Of a stretch of DNA of 64,000 nt, positions 29,419 to 39,789 are shown piece after piece. The translations under genes were made by a program, and so were the position numbers. The notes below the pieces were generated by a model. The model was not told where the DNA came from. It worked only from the letters and a program-made list of their open reading frames with translations, and did not search any database. Source of the stretch: Sulfurospirillaceae bacterium (lineage in GTDB: Bacteria > Campylobacterota > Campylobacteria > Campylobacterales > Sulfurospirillaceae); assembly GCA_033723415.1 (NCBI GenBank), contig JAWVXD010000002.1, positions 256,001 to 320,000 of the forward strand. The letters run 5' to 3'. How positions within the stretch are numbered: the first letter of the stretch is position 1; the number at the start of each line of letters is the position of its first letter.

Positions 29419-31353
29419 TTACATTACAAATATTGTAGGAACAATAGTCGGATATTTTTTCATTTTTCTGAATATATGTTTTCTTACAACTTGTCTAAGC
29501 TCATTTTCCAAAGCTCTCTTATTTTCAAAAAGCTCTTTTTTCGCATTCACTGTAAATTGATCTATAACTCCTTCTATTTCTAGAGAGAATTTTCTATCGT
29601 CTTTATCAGAAACCAAACCATAACTTGCTACTTTTGGTCTATTTATTAATTTAAACTCTTTACCGTCGACTTGTGCTATGATCATGACAATACCGGAATC
29701 TGCCATCTTTTGTCTGTCCATAACAACATCATTTGCTATTTTTTCATTTAATTGATTGTCAACAAATACTTTACCTGTTTTTACGGTTTTGACTTTTTTC
29801 ATATATTTCGGGCAGACTTCTATCTGATCTCCATCACCCATCAATAGTATATTTTTTGGTTGAACTCCACACTGAATAGCCGTATCCTTGTGTTTGGATA
29901 TATGGTTATATTCACCATGTACAGGCAAAAAGAACTTAGGTTTTACAAGTCTGAGCATCAATTTTTGTTCTTCTTGCGCAGCATGACCGCTTACGTGTAT
30001 CTCACTAAAATCTTGATAAGCTACGCTTGCTCCGCTTTTAATAAGAAAATTAAGAACTTTTGAAACACTTCCTTCATTGCCCGGAATTGCCTTAGCCGAG
30101 ATAATAATCTGATCGCTTGGCTTGATCTTTATATGTCTGTGTTCATCTGTGGCCATTCTATAAAGTGCGGCCATAGTCTCGCCTTGACTTCCCGTTGTTA
30201 CTATTAAAACACTTTTGTCCGGATGCTTGTTAACTTCATGGGGATCGATAAAGATGCTCTTATCTAGATTTATATATCCAAAATCAATAGCGGTAAAAAG
30301 ATTTCTTTCCATAGATCTTCCTATGACACAGACTTTTCTTCCATATTTCAAACCGTATTCAATTGCTTGATAAACTCTATGAATGTTTGAAGAAAAAGTT
30401 GACATGATCACACGTCCCTGTGTTTTAGAAAAGATATAATCAAATGTCTTTCCTACAGTATTTTCACTTCTTGTCATACCTTCTTTATGTGAATTCGTAC
30501 TATCGCTTAAAAGACATAGAACACCTTTTTCGCCGTATTCTGAAAACCTGTGAAGATCACTAGGATATCCGTCTATAGGAGTATGATCTATCTTAAAATC
30601 TCCTGTATGGATTATAGTACCGGCTTCTGTAGTAATCGCAAGAGAAGAGGCATCTATGATAGAGTGAGTTATATGTATCCATTCAACTTCGATATCTCCG
30701 ATCCTGACTTTTTGTCTCTTGTGAACAGGTCTGAAATATTTTCTGTACTCTTTAAGCCCGTGTTCTTCAAATTTGTTTGATATCATTCCAAGAGGAAGAG
30801 GGGTGGCATATATAGGGAATTGCATCTCTTTATAAAGATAAGGCATAGCACCTATATGATCTTCATGAGCATGGGTTATAACAACACCCTTTATCTTTTT
30901 TTTAATTTGTCTTAGATATGTAAAATCAGGTATAAGTATATCTACACCATGCATATCTTCACTAGGGAAGCTCATCCCTACATCTACGACAATTGCGCTT
31001 GTATCGGTTTCTATAACCGTTATATTTCCACCTATTTCACCAAGTCCACCCAGTGGAGTGATTTTGATCTTTGCAGTAGTTTCAAGATTTAGAAGATTAA
31101 ATTTTTCAAGTCTGTTCTTGTGTATCTTATGGTTTGCTTCTATTGCCGATTTTATATCTTTTTGCCACTTTTCACCGCCGTCTATGACGCTTGGCTGATT
31201 CTTTGCACTCTTTTTTGAGTGTTTGTTGCCTTGTCGATTTGGATTTGGTCTTTTCTTTTGATGCTGTTGTGCATTACCTGCGGCATTTGGCTTTGTTTGA
31301 TTTTCTTGCTTAGTGCCTGTTTCATCTGTTTTATTTATCGTATTCTTTTCCAT
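29419..31353 (-). CDS. rnj: Ribonuclease J with low-complexity N-terminal extension
   Basis: PLGGLGEIG, THAHEDHIG, HTGDFK, DSTN, HVSGH, PVHGE. Confidence 0.97.
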   Translation of the reverse strand: MEKNTINKTDETGTKQENQTKPNAAGNAQQHQKKRPNPNRQGNKHSKKSAKNQPSVIDGGEKWQKDIKSAIEANHKIHKNRLEKFNLLNLETTAKIKITPLGGLGEIGGNITVIETDTSAIVVDVGMSFPSEDMHGVDILIPDFTYLRQIKKKIKGVVITHAHEDHIGAMPYLYKEMQFPIYATPLPLGMISNKFEEHGLKEYRKYFRPVHKRQKVRIGDIEVEWIHITHSIIDASSLAITTEAGTIIHTGDFKIDHTPIDGYPSDLHRFSEYGEKGVLCLLSDSTNSHKEGMTRSENTVGKTFDYIFSKTQGRVIMSTFSSNIHRVYQAIEYGLKYGRKVCVIGRSMERNLFTAIDFGYINLDKSIFIDPHEVNKHPDKSVLIVTTGSQGETMAALYRMATDEHRHIKIKPSDQIIISAKAIPGNEGSVSKVLNFLIKSGASVAYQDFSEIHVSGHAAQEEQKLMLRLVKPKFFLPVHGEYNHISKHKDTAIQCGVQPKNILLMGDGDQIEVCPKYMKKVKTVKTGKVFVDNQLNEKIANDVVMDRQKMADSGIVMIIAQVDGKEFKLINRPKVASYGLVSDKDDRKFSLEIEGVIDQFTVNAKKELFENKRALENELRQVVRKHIFRKMKKYPTIVPTIFVM

Positions 31354-32170
31354 TTTGTACCTTAATTTTTAGGATTTCCCTAAATAAATTAAGATGATCG
31401 GTGACGCAAAGTTCATGAGGCCTAGAAGTTATCGAAATATTATTTTTTTTCAATAATTCTAAAGCACTTGTTTTATCGTAAGCAGAAGATATGTTTTTAA
31501 TCCAAGTTTTTCTAGGACTTGAAAAAGATACTCTAAGATATCTCTTAAATTCATTATAATCCGATTCATTGTCAAATAAAGAGTTTTGATCCCCGCTAAA
31601 TTCTTTTTTCTTTACAATGCTTACAATAGATGAAACTACTTTTGGCTGGGGCTCAAATGAGCTTGGATCCACGTCAAATAATAATTTTACATCTGCTATA
31701 CTTTGAGAAAGTATTGATAAAGAGCTAAATTCTTTTGTTTTAGGTAAAGCAGAAAATTTTTGTGCAACTTCTTTTTGAATCATGACAAGCATGGATTTGC
31801 ACATCTTATCTTCCAGCGCTTCTAGTATGATTTTTGTCGCAATATAATATGGTAAATTTGCAACTACATCGTAAGGCTCACCTTCTAGAGAGCCTTTTTG
31901 GAAGCACTCTAAAACATCACCTTCTACTAATTCTAGCCTATTTTCTTTTATCTCTTTGTGAAATTTTTTTCTCAAATGAACGCATAAGTCTTTATCGACC
32001 TCATATGCTTTTACGGAGTTTTGCTCCAAAAGCACTTGCGTCAAATCACCTAAGCCAGGCCCAATTTCCACTAACTTACGCTTAGTGTTGGGCATCGATT
32101 GGATGATTTTACTTAAAACGGTACTGTCTATCAAAAAATTTTGACCAAACTTCTTCTTAGCCTCTATCAA
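31331..32170 (-). CDS. rsmA: 16S rRNA m6,2A dimethyltransferase (KsgA)
   Basis: KKFGQNFL, EIGPGLG, ANLPYYI, MIQKEVA. Confidence 0.97.
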   Translation of the reverse strand: MIEAKKKFGQNFLIDSTVLSKIIQSMPNTKRKLVEIGPGLGDLTQVLLEQNSVKAYEVDKDLCVHLRKKFHKEIKENRLELVEGDVLECFQKGSLEGEPYDVVANLPYYIATKIILEALEDKMCKSMLVMIQKEVAQKFSALPKTKEFSSLSILSQSIADVKLLFDVDPSSFEPQPKVVSSIVSIVKKKEFSGDQNSLFDNESDYNEFKRYLRVSFSSPRKTWIKNISSAYDKTSALELLKKNNISITSRPHELCVTDHLNLFREILKIKVQNGKEYDK

Positions 32171-32210
32171 TCTTGAACCGCCTTTTAAATTTGTTTTATT
32201 TTACCTTTAT

Positions 32211-32272
32211 TTTGCTTACATGTGGATTATTGTTTATCTTCATATAAGTTACAATAATCCAACGCAAGCAAA
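32211..32272 (-). terminator. Long imperfect hairpin downstream of rhlE (probable terminator)
   Basis: TTTGCTT...TGGATTATTGT pairs with ACAATAATCCA...AAGCAAA. Confidence 0.55.
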
Positions 32273-32298
32273 TTGTCGGTATTTTTTCTTTTTGATTA

Positions 32299-33552
32299 TT
32301 ATCTAGAATTTCTGAGCGTTTGTCTGTTTCTTGTATTATTAGAGCGTGCTCTATCCGGTCTTTTATCTCTGCCGCCTCTGTTTCTTTGCTGAATAGGTTC
32401 TGCCTTAATTGATTTATCAGGCTCATAGCCTTCTATGGAAACTTTTTGAATTTTTTGCTTGATAAGTTTTTCAATATCATTCAAAAAGGCGTGTTCATCA
32501 ACACATACGAGTGATACTGCTACACCTCCATTGCCGGCTCTTCCCGTTCGTCCTATCCTATGAATGTAATCTTCGGGAACATTTGGCAACTCATAATTGA
32601 CAACATTCGGTAATTGTGCGATGTCAATTCCTCTTGCAGCGATATCCGTAGCAACCAGAACTTTTACGACCCCATCTTTGAAATTAGATAAAGCTTTTGT
32701 TCTCGCTCCTTGACTTTTATTACCATGGATCGCCGCAGAACTGATGCCATCAAAACCCAGTTGCTCACTCAAACGGTTAGCTCCATGCTTTGTCCTGGTG
32801 AAGACCAATACTTGTTCCCATTTATTTGAACGAATTAAGTGTGTTAGTAATTTACGCTTATTTGTTTTATCCACAAAATGCACGATTTGTTCAACACTCT
32901 GTGCCGTAGTATTTGGACTTGCAACTTCAACAAGGACAGGGGAATTTAAAAGATTATCGGAAAGCTTTTTAATTTCCTTCGAAAATGTTGCAGAAAATAA
33001 AAGATTTTGCCTCTGTTTTGGAATAATCGCCAATATTTTTTTAATATCATTTATAAATCCCATATCTAACATACGGTCCGCTTCATCCAAGATCAGATAT
33101 TCTACGCGTGATAAATCAACGGTTTTTTGCCCTACATGATCTAGTAAGCGCCCAGGTGTTGCGATTAATATATCCACCCCTTTGCGAAGTGTAGAAATTT
33201 GTGGATTAATCCCGACTCCGCCGAATACTATCGTAGATTTTAGTGGTAAGTATTTTCCGTATGTTTGTACACTTTCTCCTACTTGAAGCGCTAACTCACG
33301 AGTCGGTGTTAGTATAAGTGCTCTGACATAAGGTTTGTTTTTATTCTTCGTATCTCCACTCAACAATTGTAATAACGGTAAAGTAAAACCTGCCGTTTTA
33401 CCGGTTCCTGTTTGAGCTCCTGCTAATATATCTTTTTTATTAAGAATGACCGGAATAGCTTTTTCTTGAATTGGTGTAGGAGTGGTGTAACCCGCTTCTG
33501 TCACTGCGCGTAAAATTTGGGCAGACAAGCCCATAGTAGTAAATGATGACAT
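32299..33552 (-). CDS. rhlE: DEAD-box RNA helicase, RhlE-like
   Basis: Q motif [36 protein letters not shown]. Confidence 0.9.
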   Translation of the reverse strand: MSSFTTMGLSAQILRAVTEAGYTTPTPIQEKAIPVILNKKDILAGAQTGTGKTAGFTLPLLQLLSGDTKNKNKPYVRALILTPTRELALQVGESVQTYGKYLPLKSTIVFGGVGINPQISTLRKGVDILIATPGRLLDHVGQKTVDLSRVEYLILDEADRMLDMGFINDIKKILAIIPKQRQNLLFSATFSKEIKKLSDNLLNSPVLVEVASPNTTAQSVEQIVHFVDKTNKRKLLTHLIRSNKWEQVLVFTRTKHGANRLSEQLGFDGISSAAIHGNKSQGARTKALSNFKDGVVKVLVATDIAARGIDIAQLPNVVNYELPNVPEDYIHRIGRTGRAGNGGVAVSLVCVDEHAFLNDIEKLIKQKIQKVSIEGYEPDKSIKAEPIQQRNRGGRDKRPDRARSNNTRNRQTLRNSR

Positions 33553-33725
33553 AATTGTCCCTTTGGTATGAGCTTACGAAAAGTAATAAAACTTTTTCGA
33601 TCTAAGCTAAAAATATGTTTGTTGTTAAGATTATCAGAAGATTACTAAACGAAGTCAGTCGCAGATCGAAGCACGCTGAAATTACGACATTGTATCATAA
33701 TTATTGACAATATGTATTTCTGCCC

Positions 33726-35009
33726 TCAATCCGTCTTCAATATTCCATTGGCCGCTCGGATCCCGGAAGCCCATGCAGCTGTGATTCCTCTGCTCGTTCC
33801 TGCACCGTCTCCAATGATATAATATCCTTCTTTTACCATAAAATTATTATTGATAAATTGCGGTTTATTTGAATAAGTTTTAATTTCAGGATAATATATG
33901 ATGGTTGATGGATGTAAGACTCCAGGTATAATCGTATCCAACATTTTAAGTGATTTCCAGATATCTCTTAAAATTTTTGCCGGCATACTCAAAGACAAAT
34001 CAGCAGCAATAGCACTTTTGAGTGTGGGTTTAAAATCATAAAGATCATTATTAAAAGTTTCTTTTTTACTTCTTGAGCCCAATCTAAAATCACCGACTCT
34101 TTGCATTATAACAGAACCTCCGCTAAGTTGCATCACCATTTCTCCTAGAATTTTCCCAAATTGCTGTCCGCTAACAATCGGCTCAGTGAGTCGTATAGTC
34201 TTAAGCATTGCAAAGTTAACCAATCCGTTAGGTTCATTATCTTTTGACAAAGAATGCCCATTTACAGAGTAATATCCCTTATATTTTTCCCTAACAACAT
34301 GAGCACACCCTGAGTTCGTACAAAATGTTCTGACTTTGTTTGGAAAAAGAATCTTCGGGTCATAGTAATCCTTGACTATAGGATAGTGTTCTTCTTTCAT
34401 CTCAACTCTGACACCTATGTCTACAATATTATCACTATAACTAACACCCAGAGTATTCATCTGTTTTTGAAGCCAGTCATAATCAGCTCTGCCAGGTGCC
34501 AAAATAATATTTTTGAAAGATATACTATCTCCATTATTTAATTTAATCTCTTTGTTATCTTTTGAAAGCTCTTCTACTTCCGTTTCTAGTGCAACATCAA
34601 CATGTAAAATTTTAAGTTTTTTAATCAGGTCATTGATCAATTTAGATGATTTATCGGTTCCGACATGTGCTTGATCTATTGATAGGATCTCAACACCTAT
34701 TTTTTCGGCTCTATCGATATATTTGTCAATATTATGTCTTGTTTCTATCTTCGGGTTTAAATGTTCTTTTACTTCCTGCATCAAAAGATCTGCATCAGCT
34801 TTGCTCCAATGCTCAAACGGAAATCCAACCGGATATGTATAGTTTTGCTTACAATCGTTTCGCAGACCTCCTGAGCTGATTTTCTTTTTTTCTAAAAGTA
34901 AAACCGAATACTCAGAGTTTTCTGCTATTTTAAAAGCAGCGCCTAATCCTGCCGGTCCAGAGCCTATTATTACGACATCATAGTTTGGTTTTAATATTAT
35001 ATTTTTCAT
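33726..35009 (-). CDS. Uncharacterised FAD-dependent oxidoreductase (COG2509-like)
   Basis: IIGSGPAG, DIGVRVE, VRTFCTN, VNGHS, YPEIK, GDGAGTSRG. Confidence 0.8.
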   Translation of the reverse strand: MKNIILKPNYDVVIIGSGPAGLGAAFKIAENSEYSVLLLEKKKISSGGLRNDCKQNYTYPVGFPFEHWSKADADLLMQEVKEHLNPKIETRHNIDKYIDRAEKIGVEILSIDQAHVGTDKSSKLINDLIKKLKILHVDVALETEVEELSKDNKEIKLNNGDSISFKNIILAPGRADYDWLQKQMNTLGVSYSDNIVDIGVRVEMKEEHYPIVKDYYDPKILFPNKVRTFCTNSGCAHVVREKYKGYYSVNGHSLSKDNEPNGLVNFAMLKTIRLTEPIVSGQQFGKILGEMVMQLSGGSVIMQRVGDFRLGSRSKKETFNNDLYDFKPTLKSAIAADLSLSMPAKILRDIWKSLKMLDTIIPGVLHPSTIIYYPEIKTYSNKPQFINNNFMVKEGYYIIGDGAGTSRGITAAWASGIRAANGILKTD

Positions 35010-35122
35010 AATGGTGAGTATAGCTAAATCTTTATTTAAATTCAAAGCGCTCTATGTTCCCAGAGATTGCTAATTTTTCAGACTTTATGTATTATAATTA
35101 TATATATACTTTGGAGTGTTTA

Positions 35123-35599
35123 ATGAAACATAATTATAAAAGAATTTCCTCACCCATAGGTCTATTATACATTGTAGCAACAAAGACTCATCTAGTCGGT
35201 TTGACACCAGAGAGTGGCTGGGAAAAGTTAAAAAAAAGATTTGAGAATCTTCATGAAGAAGATAATGATATTTTGGTAAAAACTCAAAATCAACTAAAAG
35301 ATTATTTTGATAAAAAAAGATTTGAATTTGATATTCCACTCTTTTTCAATGGCACAAAATTTCAAAATGCTGCCTGGAAAGCTTTATTACAGATCCCTTA
35401 CGGGAATACTATCAGTTATCAAGAACAAGCCATAGGTATAGGAAATCCAAAAGCAGTAAGAGCAATAGGCGGAGCAAACGGAGCAAACCCTATATCGATT
35501 ATTGTGCCATGTCACAGAGTTATAGGAAAGTCTGGTAAACTAACAGGTTATGCAAGTGGACTAGATATCAAAAAATATCTTTTAGAGTTAGAAAAATGA
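35123..35599 (+). CDS. ogt: Methylated-DNA--protein-cysteine methyltransferase
   Basis: GT.FQ..W, IPYG, RAIG.ANG.NP, active site PCHRV. Start at the ATG at 35123 after GGAG. Confidence 0.95.
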   Translation: MKHNYKRISSPIGLLYIVATKTHLVGLTPESGWEKLKKRFENLHEEDNDILVKTQNQLKDYFDKKRFEFDIPLFFNGTKFQNAAWKALLQIPYGNTISYQEQAIGIGNPKAVRAIGGANGANPISIIVPCHRVIGKSGKLTGYASGLDIKKYLLELEK

Positions 35600-35655
35600 A
35601 ACTTATTCAGCCGTTTTTTCTCTTATTTTTGATAATATTTTGACAGGAGAAACAA

Positions 35656-36414
35656 ATGGAATATTTTGCTAAAAGAATTATACCTTGCCTAGATGTAAAA
35701 GACGGAAGAGTCGTAAAAGGCGTAAATTTTGTAGGTTTGCAAGATGCAGGTGATCCTGTCGAAGTTGCAAAAAGATACAATCAAGAAGGTGCAGATGAGA
35801 TTACGTTCTTAGATATCACGGCAAGTCATGAACAAAGAGAAACCATAGTTGATATAGTAGAGAAAGTTGCAAAAGAAGTTTTTATTCCACTAACAGTAGG
35901 TGGCGGTATCAAAACTCTAGACGATATCTATAAATTATTGCAGGTTGGATGTGACAAGATAAGCATAAACTCTTATGCCATCAATAATCCTGATTTTATA
36001 AATGCTTCATCAAAAAGATTTGGTTCTCAGTGCATAGTAGTCGCAATTGATGCAAAAAGACATGGAGACAGTTGGAATGTATACATAAACGGCGGTAGAA
36101 TTGATACAGGCATAGATGCTCTCGAATGGGCACAAGAAGCACAGCAAAGAGGAGCCGGAGAGATCCTCCTGACTTCTATGGATTGTGATGGATCAAAAAA
36201 TGGTTATGATCTTGTTCTCACAAAAAAAATGAGTGATTTATTGGATATTCCAATTATTGCAAGTGGGGGTGCCGGAAATATGCAGCACATCAAAGATGCA
36301 TTTTTAAACGGAGCGGACGCTGCACTTGCAGCATCTATTTTTCACTATAAAGAAATAGAAATCATGGCACTTAAAAGGTACCTAAAAGAAGAGGGGATCC
36401 CCGTAAGAATATGA
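35656..36414 (+). CDS. hisF: Imidazole glycerol phosphate synthase cyclase subunit
   Basis: [39 protein letters not shown]. Confidence 0.98.
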   Translation: MEYFAKRIIPCLDVKDGRVVKGVNFVGLQDAGDPVEVAKRYNQEGADEITFLDITASHEQRETIVDIVEKVAKEVFIPLTVGGGIKTLDDIYKLLQVGCDKISINSYAINNPDFINASSKRFGSQCIVVAIDAKRHGDSWNVYINGGRIDTGIDALEWAQEAQQRGAGEILLTSMDCDGSKNGYDLVLTKKMSDLLDIPIIASGGAGNMQHIKDAFLNGADAALAASIFHYKEIEIMALKRYLKEEGIPVRI

Positions 36415-36968
36415 TAATATGTGCCGGTAATATTGAATCTTTTGACTTTGCTACACCTATTGGCATAGGCTTGATAGAAAGCTCTATCAATCTTACGCAA
36501 TTAGTTTTAAAAAATAAACCAAAATCTTTATTATTTGTCGGTACGGCTGGGAGTTATGGAGAGTATAAACCTTTAGATCTTATACATTCAAATAGCTCAA
36601 CCAATATAGAAACAGGATATTTTTCTGGGTCATGTTATACCCCTATTAGTAATAAAGTCACATCAAAAACATTTAATGTTTCATGTGAAACAGCTAACAA
36701 TAATAAAATTATAATAAACTCTAGTAATTATATTACAACTAACAAACAAGTCAGTGAACATTTTTTAAATATTGGTATTGAGGCAGAGAATATGGAGTTT
36801 TTCTCTGTGCTAACAGTCGCAAAAAAATTTAAAATTCCAGCCGTTGGCATATTTGCAATTACTAACTTTTGCGACAAAAATGCACACCAAGATTTTATAA
36901 AAAATCACAAAAAAGCAAAAGAGATACTAACAAAAAAAACGAAAGAGATAATGGAAACATATGAATAA
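36411..36968 (+). CDS. Purine nucleoside phosphorylase/nucleosidase-like protein
   Basis: [31 protein letters not shown]. Confidence 0.7.
   Translation: MIICAGNIESFDFATPIGIGLIESSINLTQLVLKNKPKSLLFVGTAGSYGEYKPLDLIHSNSSTNIETGYFSGSCYTPISNKVTSKTFNVSCETANNNKIIINSSNYITTNKQVSEHFLNIGIEAENMEFFSVLTVAKKFKIPAVGIFAITNFCDKNAHQDFIKNHKKAKEILTKKTKEIMETYE
36677..36692. promoter_or_regulatory. parS centromere-like site (ParB/Spo0J binding)
   Basis: TGTTTCATGTGAAACA, 15/16 match to the consensus TGTTTCACGTGAAACA. Confidence 0.85.
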
Positions 36969-38037
36969 AATCAATATACTAGATTATACGAAAGACGAAC
37001 TTAGCCAAATTATAAAACCTTCTTTCCGTGCTAAGCAAATATATGAATGGATATATAAAAAGTACGTCAATTCTTTTGAAGAAATGAAAAATATACCCAA
37101 GGAATTAAGATCGGAATTAGATGAAAAATATTATTTTGATCCTCTAAAAATTGCAACAGTTGAAAAAAGCTCTGACGGAAGCAAGAAATATCTGTTTTCG
37201 CTAAATGACGGCAAAACTGTAGAATCCGTTTTACTGCCTATGAAAAAAGAACAGCTTGGAGAAGACGGCGAGTTGTTACACCACACAAAATATACAATAT
37301 GCATATCTTCTCAAGTCGGCTGTAAAATCGGCTGCTCTTTTTGCCTAACAGGGAAAAGTGGTTTTTTGAGAAATCTAACACCAGGAGAGATAACTTCTCA
37401 GGTCTTGATGATCAAAAAAGATAATGAAATAGCCGAGAATAGAAGAGTCAATATTGTTTTTATGGGTATGGGTGAGCCCCTTGACAACTTGGAAAATGTC
37501 AGTAAAGCAGTAAACATATTCGCTGATCCGGAAGGTCTTTCTATATCACCAAGGAGACAAACAATATCAACTAGCGGTTTGAGCTCACAGATAACAAAAC
37601 TTGGCAATATGAACTTGGGAGTCTTATTGGCAATCTCCCTTCATGCAGTAGATGATGACTTAAGGGTACAACTTATGCCAATAAATAAAGCATATAATAT
37701 AGAATCAATAATAAACGCAGTTAAATCTTTTCCGATAGATGCAAGAAAAAGGGTGATGTTTGAGTACTTGGTAATTAAAGATTTGAATGATGACATCAAG
37801 AGTGCTAAGAAATTAGTTAAACTTCTAAATGGAATTAAGTCTAAAGTCAATCTTATCTTTTTCAATCCACACGAGGGCAGTGTGTACAAAAGACCTGAGG
37901 TTAAAAAGGTAATAGAGTTTCAAGAATACTTGCTGAAGCATGGTCTTCTTTGCACAATTAGAGAGTCCAAAGGACTTGACATAAGTGCAGCTTGCGGCCA
38001 ATTAAAAGATAGAAAGGAAAAAGATGAGTATAGTTGA
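36961..38037 (+). CDS. rlmN: Dual-specificity RNA methyltransferase RlmN (radical SAM)
   Basis: [33 protein letters not shown]. Confidence 0.97.
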   Translation: MNKINILDYTKDELSQIIKPSFRAKQIYEWIYKKYVNSFEEMKNIPKELRSELDEKYYFDPLKIATVEKSSDGSKKYLFSLNDGKTVESVLLPMKKEQLGEDGELLHHTKYTICISSQVGCKIGCSFCLTGKSGFLRNLTPGEITSQVLMIKKDNEIAENRRVNIVFMGMGEPLDNLENVSKAVNIFADPEGLSISPRRQTISTSGLSSQITKLGNMNLGVLLAISLHAVDDDLRVQLMPINKAYNIESIINAVKSFPIDARKRVMFEYLVIKDLNDDIKSAKKLVKLLNGIKSKVNLIFFNPHEGSVYKRPEVKKVIEFQEYLLKHGLLCTIRESKGLDISAACGQLKDRKEKDEYS

Positions 38038-38119
38038 CAAAGGCGAGGCTGTTTTTTTATTGATTTTTGTTCTCGGATCAATTTACGGAATAGTAAAAGT
38101 ACTTTTTGCTGGCGAATAG
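38024..38119 (+). CDS. Small hydrophobic membrane protein, 31 aa (not in ORF track)
   Basis: [38 protein letters not shown], overlaps the rlmN 3' end, terminator follows. Confidence 0.6.
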   Translation: MSIVDKGEAVFLLIFVLGSIYGIVKVLFAGE

Positions 38120-38126
38120 TCGTGAA

Positions 38127-38160
38127 GACAACAAGCAGAAAAAATTCAGTGCTTGTTGTC
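38127..38160. terminator. Terminator hairpin between convergent operons
   Basis: GACAACAAGCA...TGCTTGTTGTC, an 11-bp perfect stem. Confidence 0.7.
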
Positions 38161-38172
38161 AGATAAGTTTTT

Positions 38173-38790
38173 TTATTTTGCAATCCAAGTCTTACTTAGA
38201 AGTTTGTCATCACCAACATAAATTTCACCCGTAAATTTATCGCCGATAGTTATGATTCCCACTCCACTTGGAGTGCCACTCATAACTATGTCTCCGTCTT
38301 CTAACGTAGAAAAAGATTTTATCTCATGAAGTATAACGTTAGGTGGATAGATCATCAAATCAACTCCACCTTCTTGAGTCAATTTGTCATTAATATATAA
38401 TTTCAAACTAAGTTTTTCTATATCATTCTCTTCAATTTCAATAAAATCACTAAACACTCCTGCACCGTTAAATGCCTTTGCTCTCTCCCAAGGTAATCCT
38501 TTGCTTTTTAGCTTTCCCTGTAATTCTCTATCAGTTAGATCCAAGCCAAAACCTACTGCCTTTATTTTTAAATCTCTGATCAAGAATGAAATTTCTCCTT
38601 CATAATGCAGGACTCTTCCAAAAGTGTTTAAATCATGACTTACTGCACTATTTGGCTTCATAAAAAGAACCATAGACGTCGGAACTTCATTATTTAATTC
38701 TTTTATATGCTCAACATAATTTCTCCCAACGCATACAATTTTGCTAGGAAATATCTCTTTATTATCAAAAATTACACTATTCATATTCAT
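38173..38790 (-). CDS. Fumarylacetoacetate hydrolase family protein
   Basis: KIVCVGRNY..H, FMKP, HYEGE, DLT.R, W..AKAF, GD..MSGTP.GV. Confidence 0.92.
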   Translation of the reverse strand: MNMNSVIFDNKEIFPSKIVCVGRNYVEHIKELNNEVPTSMVLFMKPNSAVSHDLNTFGRVLHYEGEISFLIRDLKIKAVGFGLDLTDRELQGKLKSKGLPWERAKAFNGAGVFSDFIEIEENDIEKLSLKLYINDKLTQEGGVDLMIYPPNVILHEIKSFSTLEDGDIVMSGTPSGVGIITIGDKFTGEIYVGDDKLLSKTWIAK

Positions 38791-39673
38791 AGCCTCCCAA
38801 TTTAATTTTGCTTTTGATATTGTAATCTATATTTTTATAGTTGAAACTTAATAAATGAGAGTGTAACATCAATCTTAACGACCCACTGTTTTTTATCCTC
38901 TCTTCATCGCTTAAATATCCATTTAAATATTTTTCAGCAATATCCTCATTTACACCATAAATAGGATCTCCCAAAATTGAATGTTTCACATGAAACAAAT
39001 GAACTCTTATTTGATGAGTTCTCCCTGTTATAGGGATTGCCTTGACCAAAGTAAGATCTAATTCTTTAATATAAAGCAGTGGGGAAACGTGAGTTATAGA
39101 TCTGAAACCAGATTCAACGACAAAAGATTTTATACGTATTTTTGAACTTTCCAAATTAGCTTTTACACACGTATCAATACTAAGATCATTTTCTATCTTT
39201 CCTCTAACCAAGGCGATATATTCTTTTTTTATTTCACGGTTTTCAAACATTCTTTTGATTTCGACTTCAGCTTTTTTATTTTTAGAAACCATTATTAAAC
39301 CACTGGTTTCTTTATCGATTCTGTGAACTACGTTTGCATCTTTTCCGAATAAAGATTTAATATCATCATTTAAACTATAAGTATCAGAAAAATTATTTGG
39401 ATGCACTAAAATACCGGATGGTTTTTCAAAAACTGCAAAATCTTCAACTTCAAAGACAGGGTACAGACCACTAGGTTTTGGATCAAATACAATAACTTCA
39501 ACTTTACCGCAAATATTTTTGCTTTTTGTCATCATGACCTGACCATCAACAAATACTCTTTTTTTATCTATCCATTTCTGTGCTTCTTTCATAGTGCAAT
39601 TAAATTCATCTAATAAAAACTTATAAGCTTTTATTTTATCTTTCAAAAAAAATTCTTTTCGTAAAAAGGCCAT
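38777..39673 (-). CDS. RluA/RluD-family pseudouridine synthase
   Basis: KPSG..VHP, HRIDKETSG, TGRTHQIRVH, GDPIYG. Confidence 0.93.
   Translation of the reverse strand: MAFLRKEFFLKDKIKAYKFLLDEFNCTMKEAQKWIDKKRVFVDGQVMMTKSKNICGKVEVIVFDPKPSGLYPVFEVEDFAVFEKPSGILVHPNNFSDTYSLNDDIKSLFGKDANVVHRIDKETSGLIMVSKNKKAEVEIKRMFENREIKKEYIALVRGKIENDLSIDTCVKANLESSKIRIKSFVVESGFRSITHVSPLLYIKELDLTLVKAIPITGRTHQIRVHLFHVKHSILGDPIYGVNEDIAEKYLNGYLSDEERIKNSGSLRLMLHSHLLSFNYKNIDYNIKSKIKLGGYEYE
38982..38997. promoter_or_regulatory. parS centromere-like site (second copy)
   Basis: TGTTTCACATGAAACA, the exact reverse complement of the 36677 site. Confidence 0.85.
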
Positions 39674-39789
39674 TTAACTTTTATCCTTTTTTAACTAACT
39701 TTTAGTTAGAATAAATACATTATAATATAAGCATTTATGATTTATGATCATATAGAACAATAGCAAATTTTACATTAAGGATTGCCATA

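Noticed and set aside
32867..32875. Perfect DnaA box TTATCCACA, possible oriC
   Set aside because: Single copy inside rhlE, with no box cluster and no dnaA in the window.
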